From contig BDGG01000012.1 in assembly GCA_001949185.1 (NCBI GenBank), forward strand, positions 860,973 through 924,972: a stretch of DNA of 64,000 nucleotides, given 5' to 3'. Source of the stretch: Ramazzottius varieornatus. Taxonomy: Eukaryota > Animalia > Tardigrada. Position 1 is the first letter of the stretch, and the number at the start of each line of letters is the position of its first letter. Below the pieces are notes generated by a model. That model saw nothing but the letters and a program-made list of their open reading frames with translations, had not been told where the DNA came from and made no database searches. This document shows, piece by piece, positions 49,854 to 64,000 of this stretch. A program made the translations under genes and the position numbers.

Positions 49854-51601
49854 CTATAAGTGAGTTCCATCGGAATCAGTGTACATATGATCACGAGAAA
49901 GAAATACTGTTGTTCCCGGTGCGGGTCTCTGTAGGCTACTTGGCGTGATGTAGATATGACTGTCCGGTTTCCTGGCATATCCCGACCTGCTGCTGGTCCT
50001 AACGTTGGGGTTGGTGGCAATCACGTTTTGCACGGGCGAAAACTGCGACTGCGATGGAAGTGACAGGTTGCTTTGATGCAGACTAGTCCGTATCAGCGGT
50101 CCTCCCGGGTTCGGTGTAGGGTTTTGTGTGGTGTTGGCCGTCATTAGTTTATTTGCTGTGCAAAATCGAAAGGGTCTTGAAGTACGATGTCAATATCAAA
50201 ACCAGAAAGCCTACTGGAAAGCACTTCAGACTTACGAACGGCATACTGCGCGTCTCCGTACGTGATGTGCTGGAGTTCTCTGGAGAATTTAGATAGTCTT
50301 CGCGCTCGAGGAAGAAACACGAGCAGTAAGACTAACGAGGCGGTTGCAAGCAGTCCAAATGCAAGACATGGATCCTGTCAGAATAATTGTGACATCAGTC
50401 CACCGTGGGTAATCGAAACAAGGAAGTTTGTTGTGATAATCAACCGTACTGAATGGCTGTTTGCTTGTTGATTGGTCAGTTAGAATGTTACCTCGTAATT
50501 ATGTCGTCGGTGGCCTATGGAGCCGAGCAAGCACCACGCTACCCAGACTGGAATGATGAATCCAACACAAACGGACAGCAGGAAGGATTCTTCGCGATGA
50601 ATGATGGTGTTGCGTCGAGCAGCCCAAGTGGTAACACACAGTAGCAACAACAAAGCCATTACATAGACTAATGACAATATTATGTCTTCCAGCGAACTAC
50701 TACAAAGTAAACGTTCACTTCCGTTGCCGTAATCGAGGTATAACAGCAGTGGTGGGCGCAGAATGAGCCACTCTATGGAGATGACCAGCTGCACCATCAC
50801 AATGGCCGTGAAGAGTACGGCCTGAAAGTACCATGGCGTGAAAGCAACATGGCGGCTCTCCGTCAGTATGTTCAACGATTTGAGCAACAAGCCGGCAAAC
50901 AACCCAGCATAACATACTCCAGGTAGAAATCTAACGGCAGCACATGTTGTCGTATTTGGAAGGACGATGAAGATAAAACAGCTTCCGTAACTGAGAAATA
51001 CGAAAAGCAGGGTCGCCTGAAGAGAGAAAAGATAATTATTAATAATGGGCAGTTCAAAACTGAGAGCCTCTTCAAGTCAATCAAAATACAGAGAGCGTTC
51101 TCGCAATAATATGCGACGCGATCGAAAAGCGCCGATTAGGTGTGATCCCTCGCGCATCGAGCAAGGAAAGTCTTTTTCAGATTGATCAAGCCTGACTCAC
51201 GAGAGCGTACTAAAGTAGTATAATTAGCATGTCGCAAAATTTCTGAACAGGAATTCTGTCGAGAGCGATCTACGTACCGAGGTAGGCGAATTCTATGGTA
51301 AGATACCTAGCACGGAAGAGGCGTGCTAGCCGGTATCATTTCGCCCTCATTCGTTCATAAGAATCAGTCGTACCTGACTAAGCCAAAGGTTTCTCGTCTT
51401 GATGTTCAACGAGATGATTTTGTATAAAATATAGATCCATAATGACAGGGCAGTGAAGAATCCGATACACGACAGGACGATTAACACGACGACCCAAATA
51501 TCATCCCGGAAGTTGGGATCAGTTCTCATATCTGGTGTCGTAACAATATCATCTTGCAGCGAACTTCGTCGGACAAACCACGATGTATTGTGTTTATACA
51601 A
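49854..51601 (-). CDS. Class C-like 7TM receptor with short ectodomain (GPRC5/BOSS-like); 5' end uncertain
   Basis: TM1 IWVVVLIVLSCIG..; QLVISIEWLILRPP..C..ILSLVYVMALL..RRN..HREESF..IPVWVAW; DPCLAFGLLATASLVLLVFLP. C-terminal GTHL could bind a PDZ domain. Confidence 0.75.
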
Positions 51602-52509
51602 TCCGACTAAAACACCGACATGAAACAGAGATGACTTAGTACGGCTGGCTGTTTCCGTTCCTCAGCTGAGTTACCAACATCTTGAGTTCTGGTCGACGAT
51701 GAGGACGAACGAGTGAAACCACATCACTGCTTGATTGCTAACAACTCACAACACGATTAAACGTAACCAGCAAATATAGTGTAAGGATCGCGGTATTCCA
51801 AGGACTTCGAGCGGAATGCGGTGCGAAACGGCAACCTCGATGGCTTCCGTCCTTCGTTGCCAGCAGCTTGTCGGCGTACCATCTATTCACAAGAGATTTC
51901 AAGGTGAAAAGCAATACAAGGTCGAGATACCGAACAAGGCTTGTGGAGCTGTCCGTACCATACATACGCGAGAGCGCTACTGCGGATTTCCATGCTAATG
52001 GAATTATCAAAATATCCGAGGAGGTGGACATTCCTACTATCTGTACATCTACAAGGCGGGCTTGTTTACCTTGTCAACACTTGATGCCCATAACTGTTGC
52101 GCTCGACTGATGCTCCGTGTCTGCCCTTTGTCGCAGTCGACGTAACTCTCATCTACAAGATACGGAAGAGCCCGCGTTGGAGCGTAAGCCGAAATACGAC
52201 ACTACGGTTATCCGCTCCAAATCCTACAGCGTATTGCCTGGGTCTTCCTTGAATAAAAGAAAACGACGACGCAGATGTTAATACTGATCACGAAACGAAA
52301 AGCCGAAAGACCGAAGCTCAGACTGGGTTTTACCGGCCGAAGTGAATCTGCTACGGTTTAGTGTTAACTTATCAACCTCAGAATGGATCCGAAACTAATG
52401 AAGAGAATATTAGCATGGTCATCTGCGAAGTCGAAAGCGTAAGCAAGAAAACAAAGGTGAAGAAGCGAGTTTAATTTCATATAAAATCAGTTAGAACCAG
52501 ATCAAAGAT

Positions 52510-53351
52510 TTATGTCATCTCGGCATCTTCGTCTTCTTCTAGAGCTTGCTTCGCCAGTGTTTCCGCTTCCTTCAGGATGGGTTCGGGAAGATCTTCGAAA
52601 ATTCCCGCGCTTTGTTCCGAGCACCAGGCCATCTCCAGGATGAACTCCTTATCCTTGACGGCATCATGGACGCCATATATGATCTTCGCGGCTTTCTGAA
52701 CGATTTCCGTGCAGGACATGTCTGTTGTTTTCAACTTTTCGATCTCAGTCTTTGCTGCTTGTTGTGCTTTGCCAGCCGTACAGCCAAAGTAGCCCCACGA
52801 AACCCCCGAAGGTTCGATCATGTACAGCTCAGCGCCGTGAACAGAATCATATCCACCGATCAAGCAGTTGACACCGAAGGGGCGAATGGCACTGTACAGC
52901 GTGTAGGCATGCATGTACATGGAGACTCTTTTGGTTAGCTCTTTGACGGGGATGATGACGCCGTACTGGTTTCGATAGTCAGCAGCTTCTTTGCGGGCAA
53001 TTTCGCTCAGCTTGCGCGCGTCAGCGATCAGTCCGGCAGCAGCCATGCCGATGTTGGTGTCGATTCGCCAGATGCGGCGGTTGGCTGAGGATTCGTGAAG
53101 CTTAGTGGTCACTAGTTTCTCCGAAGCGAAGACCACACCATCTTTGCCTCGAATGCCAATCACTGTTCTGCGATAACAGAAAACGACAGTTAGGCATAAG
53201 TCGCATATACGATCAACACTTCCGACGCTGTTCTTTCATACTCTTACCCACTGTTTTCAACGGCTTTTCCCGCATACTCCACCTGGAACACTCGTCCATC
53301 CGGTGAATACTGAGACGATGACAGATCATATCCAGTACCTATGGAAGACAT
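52510..53351 (-). CDS. PSMA3: Proteasome subunit alpha type-3 (alpha7)
   Basis: [27 protein letters not shown]..|..[37 protein letters not shown]..acidic tail; one coding intron. Confidence 0.97.
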
Positions 53352-55080
53352 GGTACTGTATGCACCTTATTTTTCCGGCAGACGGTGGACGCAAGAGCGG
53401 ACAGTGAATCGCACTGCGTAAAGACAATCCTCCGGTCTTTATGATAACAAAACGTACAGCTTCGGCAACGAATGATTCTGGAAGATGAACGTCATGAACA
53501 GATGATACACACTTACACAGGAGGAGTACCGATTATAGCAAGCGAATTCCAGAAGAGAAAATACTGTAAAAGAAAATCCAACTTCTCAAAATTAATTTTT
53601 GTTCGTCATTCGGCCCTTTTACTCCTAGGGTGACCACCGTTTGTACGTGACTGTTCGGTCTGCAAGTCCGCAGTATGTGCACGGACCCGACGTACCACCA
53701 GTGCGAATTTAATCATTATAATAGGAAATCAATTTTAATAATTAAAATCGTTTTAATTGTGCGGGTTGGTGTTCGCTTGATTGATTAACCTATAATAGGA
53801 AATCGGATTTTTATTTTAATAATTGAAATTCGTCAGCGATAATTGATTTTACTTACAGTCAGCTGATCACGTAGACTTAACATTAGCACGTGACTTTTAA
53901 TAATTTTAATTGCATAGTAAACTAACACTGCGTACCACGGCCAGACACGGTCTGCACATCGGGCCCTTCCGGGCTTTGAACTTTGAAGTATCATTGAATC
54001 AATCACCAGCTTAATGCACCGTCCAGCCTAGTTACGGACTTACGGTGCAGTTGGTGCTTGACCGGCGCAGCGACAACGTGGCGCCTGGGGGTTGCCCCTG
54101 ACAGCCCCAAAATTCCAATTTCCATCACAGAAACAGATGGAAGTTTCGAAATTGATTTCACTTTTCAGTTTTCATCAGAGTTGTTGCGTTTCTTCCTGGA
54201 CTTCTGCTCGATCCCGATGCTACGAATCATAAAGGGTGTTCTTTCAGATATTCAAGGATTCCTATGCAACCGCTGAGGAACGCTGGAGGTTGTTTTATCA
54301 CGGGATGGTTTTCGCTAATGGATAGTTTGCTTCCGGTGCAACCAGTGTTCGGATTGCGCGTTCATCGTAGTGTCGCTCATCTTGGGGAGTGATCGTTTGC
54401 TTATCTTCCATCCTCTTGTGTTCAGCGTGATCTACAAGTGACAATTCGACAGTTTGATCTTTTGACGAGAGAATCTTCCGGCAACTATAGGTAAGCGATC
54501 CTTCTCGGTATATACGACTATTGGAAGTGGAACTCATTGCTTTGCATTCTGTGAGCTGGATTGGTTTATGGTAATTAACGTGGTTTCTGTGCTTTGTAAG
54601 TATTGTGGCCTCAGCCGTGCTCAACCAATCAAGAATCAGACAATGGGGGAATCGCCTGCACTCCTTTCGGTGTCTTGATTGATTGCTGGGCTTTGTACTT
54701 CAAATTCTCGCATTTGAATTTTGAAATGCGCGACGTCTAATCAGCTAATCATTCGACGATGCAACGTTGCATGACATAATTCCTCCCTTACTAGACTGTT
54801 AGGGTGAAGCTGCATCAGATCTTGTCGGAAAGACTTATCCTAGCGATGCACCGATGCAGAACAAACGCATCACACGGTACCATTCATGATTTAACAGCAT
54901 AAGGCCATAAAGTTATCTTCGTAGGTTAGGAGAACGACTCGAACCTACAGGATAAGGCTTTGATTCGGGCTGCTCCTCGTACCGTCTACGATGGTATGTA
55001 CGACTCGTTCGTTACTGCTTGGAACGTGTTAAAGCTCATAGCTTTTGTTATTGATATAGGCCGACTTCGCCACCGAAGAG

Positions 55081-58000
55081 ATGGACGAAATGATGGTAGA
55101 GGATGCAGGGGATTTGGAAGTACAGGAGGAGGTTGTTGGAGACGATGGTGCCAAGCACGAGTCACCCGATACAGTGTCCATTCCGTCGGTTCCCAAAGAG
55201 AATGGTGATGAGAAGGCCACAGTCAACACGACTCCTTCCGTGGATCATACTACCATTGAAAAAGAAACCGCAGCGAGCAGCGAGCCTGTGAAGGTGGAAG
55301 GCGTTGAAGAACGAGGCAATGCTGATCGACCAAGTAGTCGAATGCAAGAGAAGGGTGGCAGCACACAACCGTCTTCAACCAAGGGACGAACGCGAGTTCC
55401 GCGTGGAGTAGCCAAGAACGAAGCTAGTGTGAAAGGTACGTAGAGAATGTTGTATGCAGCGTTTGGACATATATTTGGAGCTCATCAGACAAACACAAAC
55501 ATGATATTGTCTTCAAAGTGGGAAGGTTTCTAGCCAATAACACCGAGAAACGTGCGCCACTTTGGAAGACAATCTTAGCGAGTTTATTTGCCGAACTCGA
55601 ATTTCTCATAGTTTATCCAGATCCATCTCGATATGTGTCGAGCTGAAAATTACCGCGATAAATTGTGGTATGTTTTTTAAATCAAGAATAGGTGAATTTG
55701 AGTTAGAGGGAGCCTGGTTATCACTGAACACAAAAAAACCGAAGTCACCGCAACCCGAATCGCATTTATTTTATTTTTATTCTAAATTTTTTTCTGCAGT
55801 GGAAGAGTCTTCTCGGACTCGTTCGTCGACGCGCAGCTCACGGAAGAAAATCGATCCTGATTTTCACTACGACGACACTGTTGTCACTGGAGGTCGTAGA
55901 CGTCCGGCTTCCTCCAATAAGCCTGCCGGCGATAGTTCTAGTAAAAGTCTTTCTGGTGCTACTTCCAGCAAACGTCTTGCTCATGCTAGTTCGAACAGAA
56001 AGACCAGTAAAACTGATACAGTTGATGATGTCAAATCTTCTGTTGCTGGTGCTGGTAATGATATTCCGAAGAATGATAGGAACAAGGATCCATACGCCAT
56101 GTCTGACGACCATCCATCCGAAGACGAAGATATGCCCCCGGCTTTGGTCATCAACGTCCAAAACAGCCCGGCCAAGGAATCAGGTAAAGTTTCGGAATCA
56201 GCCTTTGATAACTGTTACAGCGAAATTTGGCATTATTAAGCCACAGAAGTACGATTGTCGAGCCACTAGGGGCCACAAATGCATATCACCAAGTGGCTTG
56301 TTGTCTTCCGTGCCGACCAAAATTGTACGGCGCCGTGATGCGGTAAGTGCGAAGAAGTACGAGGTTCACGCCGTTACGAACTTTCCATCCACAAACAAGT
56401 GACTGAGACGAAAGCCCGCGAACTCGACGTCCTTTGCTACCAAGGGTCCAGGTTTACAGTGGTGACCTATTAACTAATATACGTTATACGGAGTAGCGGC
56501 TTAGCAGTTAAATAGTTAAATGAGTATTATCAGTGAGTGAAGGACCCTGAATCTTTTTTTGTGTGGTGAGTAGCACTTACGTATGAAGTACACTAAAAAG
56601 CACCATTTTCCTCGTCTGCTGTACATGAGTTCTTCGAGTCACTTCAATTACGGCTAATATTGTGAGCCATTACTTATCATACTATCGGCGCTGGAAGTGA
56701 GGTCTATCTCTTTATGTCTGTTTGTATCCGTCGGGCGTTGAAGGCTCAGCATTGTCCTTTTTACTTTTTCTTCTTTATCGTGTTCGGTGCATATGTCCCA
56801 AGTGTTTCGCCCAACCATCTAGAGAACAAGACAACATATTCTGGAGCGAGGTTACGTGCACTCACCGAAAGCGAAAACCTTCCTCATTTAGTGAACTTGG
56901 GAGGCTGTCGTGAAATTCCTAAAGACATCAGCCGACAATAATTATGGTTACGGCGGAATTGCAATGGGCAATCTGGTCGATACGCAGTACTGTAGTGTCA
57001 CTGAGGCGCAAACTTGCTTACCACGAGACATGGCTGATCCTTGTTCTTGTCTTTTCCAGATCGGAAACCTCAAAGCAAGAACCCTCGCACAAAAGCGCCC
57101 ACCTCAAATACTGATGCCTCTTCGGAGCACAGCGAAGGAAAGATCGCCAGCCGGAGGAAGCTGTACTGCATCTGCCAGAAGCCGTACGGCAAGCGCTTCA
57201 TGATTTCCTGTGATGAGTGTGAAGAATGGTTCCACGGTGACTGTGTGGGTATCACGAAAGCCCAGGGCAAGAAGCTGGGAGAAGCCAACACTCGCTGGGT
57301 CTGTCCCATGTGCGCCATCAAAGTCAACGCGGACTCGCCTATCGCTGCCGAAGATTTGGAGAGAATGATCGAATCGGAGAACCTGGCGGCGGAAAAGGCC
57401 GCAGCAACAGCAGCGAAGCGGAAGAAGGAGGGGCCTGAGGAGGATGAACATTCGGAGGAAGAAAAAGAGGCTGAACGTGGTACCAAGACGAAGAAAGGCA
57501 CGAAGAAGGCTAAAGTCACTGCGAAGTCGAAAGCCAGACCGAAAGAAATGAAGCCCGCGGCCGATGAAGAGTCGAAGTATAAGAAGATCGTCCCACCGAA
57601 GAGAAAGACTGTGGCTCCGAATTCGGGTGATAAAGAGACAGCGAAAGAGTCACCGAAGAACAAAAGTGGGAAGCCGGAAGAACTGCCACCTGTAGAATCC
57701 GATATATCCATGCTGGTAAGTCTTTATTCCATCTAGCGTTGTGTTGGTTCCAAATGTACCATGTGTTCGAAATGATGCAGAGAATTTCCCTTCGGTACGA
57801 TTTTCTCTTTCACAGACGCTGACTCCTTTGGGCAAGCCAGCGCGCTCCGGCACCAGGATTCTCCGCCATTCGCGCATCGTTCCAACACCAGCCATGCCTC
57901 AAATGTTCAAGCCAGATATTCCAGTCTCGCAATCCCCTCGAGCTGTAAGTTCGTGTTTTAGACTAAACGAGAGCTAAACGGGCCTTACAAGTTCATTATC

Positions 58001-61000
58001 TTAACTGGCGCACGCTCTTACGGTGACTGCCTGGAGGAGTGCGCCACTTTAATGAACGTTCTTGCACGGTTTGTTTGCAGGTCTCTCATCTGTTGTAACG
58101 CTAAATACAGAGCGAAATGAAATACGTTGTACCCACAAGTGTTTTCTATAGGATCGTACGGAACGGTTGGAAAGTACGAGTAGCACTGACAAGGTCGAGC
58201 CAGTACGCAGGTCGGACTCTACGTCTTCCGCTTCCAAAGCCGTCTTACCCGCTAAAGTCGAACCCAGAACCCAAGCCAAGCCTCAGCCGCCCCGAACGAA
58301 GAAAGAGTGGTGCATCGCATGCAAAGTGAAGACTACTCGTGAGGGTAACTGGGTGTACTGCGGCTCTGAATGTATTCTCCGTCACGCCTTGGATGCACTG
58401 GAGACCCTGAAGAATGCTGACGGAGAACCACTGGAACGAATTCCAGTAGCAGACAAGGTTGCTGGGATCGAGCTGAGTGGCAACAGCGCCCTCGCTCGCA
58501 CTTCTTTGTTAGCGTGGCTCGAGGCCCATCCGTCGTACTGGGTGCCTATTCCAGCTGACTTGCTGGAGGCACGGGAGAAAGAGCTGATGACGGGTCCACA
58601 GATCGACCTTGTGCGGACAAGTATCCGAGCAATGCTCAGAGACCATCTACTGAACAGGTAAAAAGAAAGCCAAGACGAAAAGAGAAAATTCGATAATTTC
58701 TATAATTACAGAAAAGATGTATTTGTAGGTTGAAAGATGCGCCGGATCTGAAGCAGAAGTATTCTGTCGATGATCTGAAGACGCTCGTTGCAAAGATAGA
58801 GGATGGTCTTTACGAGAAGTTCAGACATTTTGACGTTGACTATAAGCTTTACAAAGCGAAGTATCGAACTATTGTCTTGAACATCAACGACAAGAAGAAC
58901 GATAATTTCTTCCGCCGGTTGATAACCGAAGAGATTCACCCAGCGGACGTGGTGAATTTGACTCAGGAACAGATGGCTTCGGACGCTTTAGCTGAATGGC
59001 GCCAGAAAGAGCTGCATAAGGTTCTATGTACTTCCTTAATCCAATGTGGCTGTACTTACTATTTATACTAACTTCAGATTCAGGAAATAATCAGCCTGCT
59101 TTCATAGGAACTTGACATGATCATACAGACTCAGACAGAACAACAGCTGCACCCTCTGCCACCACCCGTGAAGCTCAACCATCGTGGGGATGAGATCGAC
59201 CAAGATTTGGTTCCCAACGAAAAGACGGTAAGTAACTGAAAGATAGGACTAATATATCGATGAAGAATGTCAGAGACAAAAGATTGTAATGATTATGTGT
59301 TGCAGATCGACCTCGGAGGAGCTTCTGGCGCTCCGGACACGTCCTCAGTCGATCCCGAAATTGATGCAGAAAGTCCGTCTGAAGTCACGAAAGGTGCTTT
59401 GTCGTCAGTCTCGCCGTCTCAGACCGTCTCCAGCCCCAACCGCTCTTTCAACAGCCTGTATAACGTGAGTAAGCCCGGAAGTTCCATGGCTAGTCCCAGC
59501 AAGCCAGAGGAAGACGCGAGAGTGACTGCTCACAAGAGCCACACGTTCGATATCAACTGCGAGCTGTGTACCAACTCTTTTCCTTCGGCATCGAACAAGA
59601 GTAAATCCAGTCCGAAGACTGAGTATGTCCTGCCACGGCGACCTAGCGAGAAGGGAACGGCGTACATGAGCCCGACTGTCAGCAGTTCGTTTAAAGTACC
59701 CGCCGAGAAAGCTGCGGAGGAGGAAGACGACGCCTCACCTCGCTCATCGTATGTTGCATTTGTTCCTGTCTAGCTTAATTTTGAACTATCTATCACGAGT
59801 GCTGTTTCAGGACATCTGAGTACTCGGAGAATGGAGGTACTGCGGGCATCATTTGGAAAGGACAAGTGGATACTAAGGACTTGCCTGCTGCAAAGCTGGT
59901 GGCAACTGCCGTATATGGACGAGCTGCGGAATTTATGGCGGTAAGTTTTTCGGTTACGTGCGTAGAAACCTACGTTAAAGTCGTGCAGTTTATCGAAAAT
60001 GTTTGGTCCTTCATGTAGGAGCTGCCGAAAGTTCTTGATCAACTGGGAAGAATTCAGCCTGGCCAATTGTGGCCATACATCGAACAAGTTAAGCCTCTCA
60101 AGGTACCGTGAGACCTGCTCTTTCTTTTTGAAAGTAGTTGTAGCCAGCTAGGAAGTTCGGGTAGAGCATCAGAAGGGGTGCGTACTTACGTATGTTGTGG
60201 CTGTTTTGCAGGAGATAGCAGCAGTGATCCTCAAAAGCCCGATGTCTCGAGCAAGCAACGAGTTCAACTCTCTGCATTACTTCCTGACCACAAGAGGCCG
60301 AGTTTCTGTTCTCGGTCCCCTGCCATCGACGTTCAAGGACTTTTACATGATCGCTCTCAAAGAAAACGAACCTTTGCCTGAAAGCCTAAGATTCCCCGAA
60401 GGCGTCGGTAAGCACTCATAGCGTAAACCCCGAAATGATCCTCAATGATGTATTTTGCTGATTTTAGTCTTCCCTGCCGAGCATCCCAAACTGTTCCTGG
60501 GCATCATCGTCCACCATCCCGTCAGTCGCCAGGCCGTCCCGGTCGTCCGCGGCATGTTTGACATTCCCACAAAGATGGAACAGAAGAAGCCGTCCTTTGT
60601 CGACGCTTCGCCGAGGACGCCTCCTCCCATCGAAACCAACCCGGCGACGGCCACCTACGAACCCTCACCCATAAGGAAGCACGACCCCATAGTTAGTCGG
60701 TACCTCGAGCTAGCTCCAACAGCCTCCGCTGCAGCTGTTGAACCCACTCCTGTCGAGACAGTCGACACCAGCGAACCCATGGAGCTTGACGAAGAAGTCA
60801 AGAGCTCCCACATTGAGGAAGTGAAACCTTTGGAGAAAGAAGAGAGGAAGGAAGTGGCATTAAAGGACAAATCGGTGTCGGAGCTCATGAAAATAGCCCA
60901 GTCTTTGCCTTCTGAGACACTGAAAGCTTTAGGCTTGAAGACTTCGCCGAAGAAAGAAGAGAAGACTCCGGCAGATCCTCGCCTGAGTCGTATGAAGAAG

Positions 61001-62419
61001 GAAGAGAAGGTTGTAGTGGAACCGAAGGTGGAACCTGTCGCACTTCCCTCGCCCACAAAGACAGGCACCATTGAGATTAAGCCCATCAAGACAGTCCTTG
61101 CTGATGTGTCGAAACTGCCTCCTGTCTTAGCTGACGTATCAAAGCCACCACCCAGTCTGGTGGATACGTCCAAGTCTCCTTCAGTTGTCGATGTGACACG
61201 ACCACCGCCTAACTTTGTTTCCTCTTTCACAGCCGAGACCGTAGTCCCTTCTGTTCCGTCTACCAGTACCGACGCTGAAGAGGCTGACAGTGGTGGAATG
61301 TTCTCGCAGAAGTTCATTGAGAACTTGGCCAAGATTGATTTCCCAGAAGGCCTGAAAGAAGCGCTGAAGTCTATCGGAGCTGGAACCGGAAGTGAGTCGT
61401 CGTCTTCTCGTAATAAAGCTCCTCAACCGCTGGTCGACGTGAGCAAACCTCCACCTCCACTTATACACACTTCCACCAGTGGAATTCCACCTGCTGGAAT
61501 ACCACATCATAGTGGAGCGCCTCCTCCATTACGGGGAACTCCACTTCCACCGATGGCCGGCCAGCAGTTTCCACCTGGACCAATGCGACCAGCCATGAAC
61601 GTTCCTCCGCTAAATATGGCTCGTCCCCCATTTCCCTTCCCTAACAACAATAACAATCAACGACCGATGTTCCGACAGCAATTTCCACCGCAGATGATGG
61701 AACACAGAGACCCGGGTGCCAGCTTTGGTGAGCGACCACAGCCGGGAGACTTCAGACCTAGCGGAGGAGATCAGTGGAACCAAGGACAGCGGAATGATGG
61801 TACGAACCGCTTCCACGTTTTTTTTTTGGTTCGAAAGTTGAACAGCCGTATGAATGCTTTTTTGTGTTATTCAGGCCGGAACGATCGGACGAGTCGTGAC
61901 AGAGACGACTTCCGACGGCTGGGTGATCGACAAGATCGTCCTGATCGCCGAGACGACAGAAGAAGGCCTTCTCCGCCTGCTCGGGACCGACGAGACGATC
62001 GAAGGGAAGATCGCCTTCGTCGGGAGGATCACCGAGAAGATCGGCCGGTTCGATCGAAGCGTGATGATGATCGTCCTGCGCGACGACGCTCGCGCAGTCG
62101 GTCGCCTCCACTGCGTCGCCGAGAGGAACGCCGACGTCGCAGTGCCTCGCGAGAAAGAACCACTAAGAAGCAGGAAGGTGGAGTGGATGAGTTCGGCAGA
62201 GATTTGTCGCTGCGTCAGAAGAGCTCGGTTAAACGGTCCACTTCAAAAGATTCCGGGAAAGATAGTCGCGAGAAGGAGGTTGAAGCGGAAAAGAAGAGCG
62301 AAGAGAGGAAGGAAAGAAGGCGAGAAGCTTCGATGGACAAAGTATCAGACGAGGAAGGACCGGAAGACTGTGCTAAAGAACCGAAAGAAATTGAGGCCAG
62401 TAAGAAGTCTGATGAATAA
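55081..62419 (+). CDS. DIDO1/PHF3/pps-like protein (PHD, TFIIS-M, SPOC, Pro-rich and RS/RD-rich tail); 5' end uncertain
   Basis: PHD LYCICQKPYGKRFMISCDECEEWFHGDCVG..CPMC; VYCGSECILRHA; TFIIS-M YKAKYRTIVLNINDKKN..MAS; HTFDINCELC; SPOC IWKG..LGRI..W..KDFY..P..FLGII. Confidence 0.9.
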
Positions 62420-63045
62420 ACTCTCTTTCATTGTACCTTGTTGGGTTTGCATGGTATGAAGCTACGAACTGTAGTAATTACGGGATTTTCTGTTGGGCAA
62501 ATCTTGTTGTTTTGAGCTCTCTCGAGCATGTTAGCTTTGTTCTAATTTCCCTCTCTTATAATTATGACAGACCGATCCTGCAGCAGTTTTTCTGTTCCAT
62601 ATTTCGAGAAGCCTGTTTCCTTTCTTGCATTTGCAATGCAGTATAGAATACATATCTAAATTCGTTATCCTTTGACAGCTGTCTGTTTGCATTACAATGG
62701 CTGCGAGCTTTTCGGTATTTTGATGTGTTTTTCTTCGTTCTGTATTTATTAACGATGGGGAACGACCATGGAATAGTCACCACACACTATCAGACAGCAT
62801 GGTAACAAACAGTTCGGCAGGTGTCACTGCGGAAGTCCATCGAAGTTGGGAAAGAGGTCTTACGACGTCCGCCTGCGGTGAGGAGACTCGTGCCGGTAAT
62901 TTTGATGATAATAGTCTTGTCGTAAATGGTAGGAAATTTACGCCCATTATTGCAGCGTCACAACCGGCAATCCGACTTTGACGGACTGCTGTCCTTTTAG
63001 CGCGGTTTAGAATGTAACTGTGATAAACACGCAGTCTGTGCCAGC

Positions 63046-64000
63046 ATGCGCATGTTCAACGTAGACGCTCGATCAAAATATCGGTATGTCATCCGGGGAA
63101 ATCCTCCGCCAAGATTATGCGCTTCTCCATCTTCCGAGAAGAAAACACTCACTGCCATTCGTCCTTTATGTATCCTGCTATTGTCCGGAAGCTTGATCTG
63201 TGGGTTTGTGGCATTATGTCTTACTAGCTCGGCCATTGTTCAGTCATATGGCGGGGAACATGCTAGCACAACGCTGAGAGCGCTGGTCGGCGCCAGTTGT
63301 TTCATAATAGTCTTGGCTGGTAATGAGCTGGCTGGGCTCATCCGTAAGTCCATCAAGATGACGAAGCCATCTTTTTCTTTGCTGGTCTTGGTGGGAATCC
63401 TGTATGCGGGAGTGGGCGTATTTCTCAAGCTGAAAAATCTAAAGATCAAACTGTCAAGAGCCATCAAGAACTTCATGGACCTTTACGGGAGTCAGTTTGG
63501 TCGTTTGCACAACGGGTATAGATGCATTTTCCACCGTGTAACTTAATGTTTATGGGAAACGCTTGCTCGTCGGCAAGGAATCGGAAGTCTTTGTGCTGTA
63601 GAGACGGTATGCTGGATGACATTCGGCGGAAGCGACATTGCTGTGGAGCTGATTCACCAATGGACTGGGAGACTGCAAAATTCGGGGTTCGGTAATAATC
63701 TCTCAACAATGTCTGACTTCCTGGTCGTTTCCTGTACTCTTAAACTTTGTCTTCCCACACTGTAGGAAATTCCACCGTCTTGCTGCTTTGTGCCAGAGGA
63801 TTGCGTCTCCCTTGTCGGTCACAACGCATCTTTTCAGGTACGAGAAACTGCAGAAACTAAAGGATGACCGGTACATTGGAGCTCTGACAGCTGTATGATA
63901 GTTTCTTTTTCAGAACCTTCAAACCGTACTCCGGGAACGCAACGAAGAAACGACGCTCGTGAAACCGCTGTTTAGCAGTCGAGGGCGTGTGGAACCTATG
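63046..64000 (+). CDS. Divergent tetraspanin-like protein, truncated by window end
   Basis: Three hydrophobic helices, then an EC2 loop with HCCGADSPMDW and PPSCC..C motifs in the following exons. Confidence 0.7.

Noticed and set aside
57070-61332. Long antisense ORFs (57070-57711, 60655-61332) and similar shadows elsewhere
   Set aside because: They mirror Lys/Glu/Pro-rich exons of the DIDO-like gene and show no independent protein signature.

Overview
Gene-dense eukaryotic (invertebrate-type) DNA with short GT-AG introns and tiny intergenic spaces. A compact-genome ecdysozoan such as a tardigrade would fit, but the species cannot be determined from this window. About 20 host genes can be rebuilt by hand-splicing: TTD14-like, CZIB, TMEM258, BTB-Kelch, DUSP12, C18orf32-like, a long GTSF1/Asterix-like CHHC protein, ENGase, a three-member IAP cluster with a divergent intronless ERH inside it, AGK, CCDC134, FRG1, SPTSS, SMPD4, a short class-C GPCR, PSMA3, DIDO1/PHF3-like and a truncated tetraspanin. 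Four TIR DNA elements are present: a CGGBP1-like hAT with a nonsense-disrupted transposase, a gap-containing TIR element, and two PIF/Harbinger-type elements with AAT/ATT target duplications. All four sit in head-to-head promoter regions. I found no unambiguous novel system. The best leads are: AGK and CCDC134 sharing one CTAG for their stop codons; a GGDG->GGDS AGK; the IAP/ERH/GTSF1 neighbourhood; a candidate structured RNA interrupted by the hAT; and a templated-insertion tandem-duplication junction of the transposase. All gene names come from recalled family motifs, not database searches. Exon boundaries are manual.
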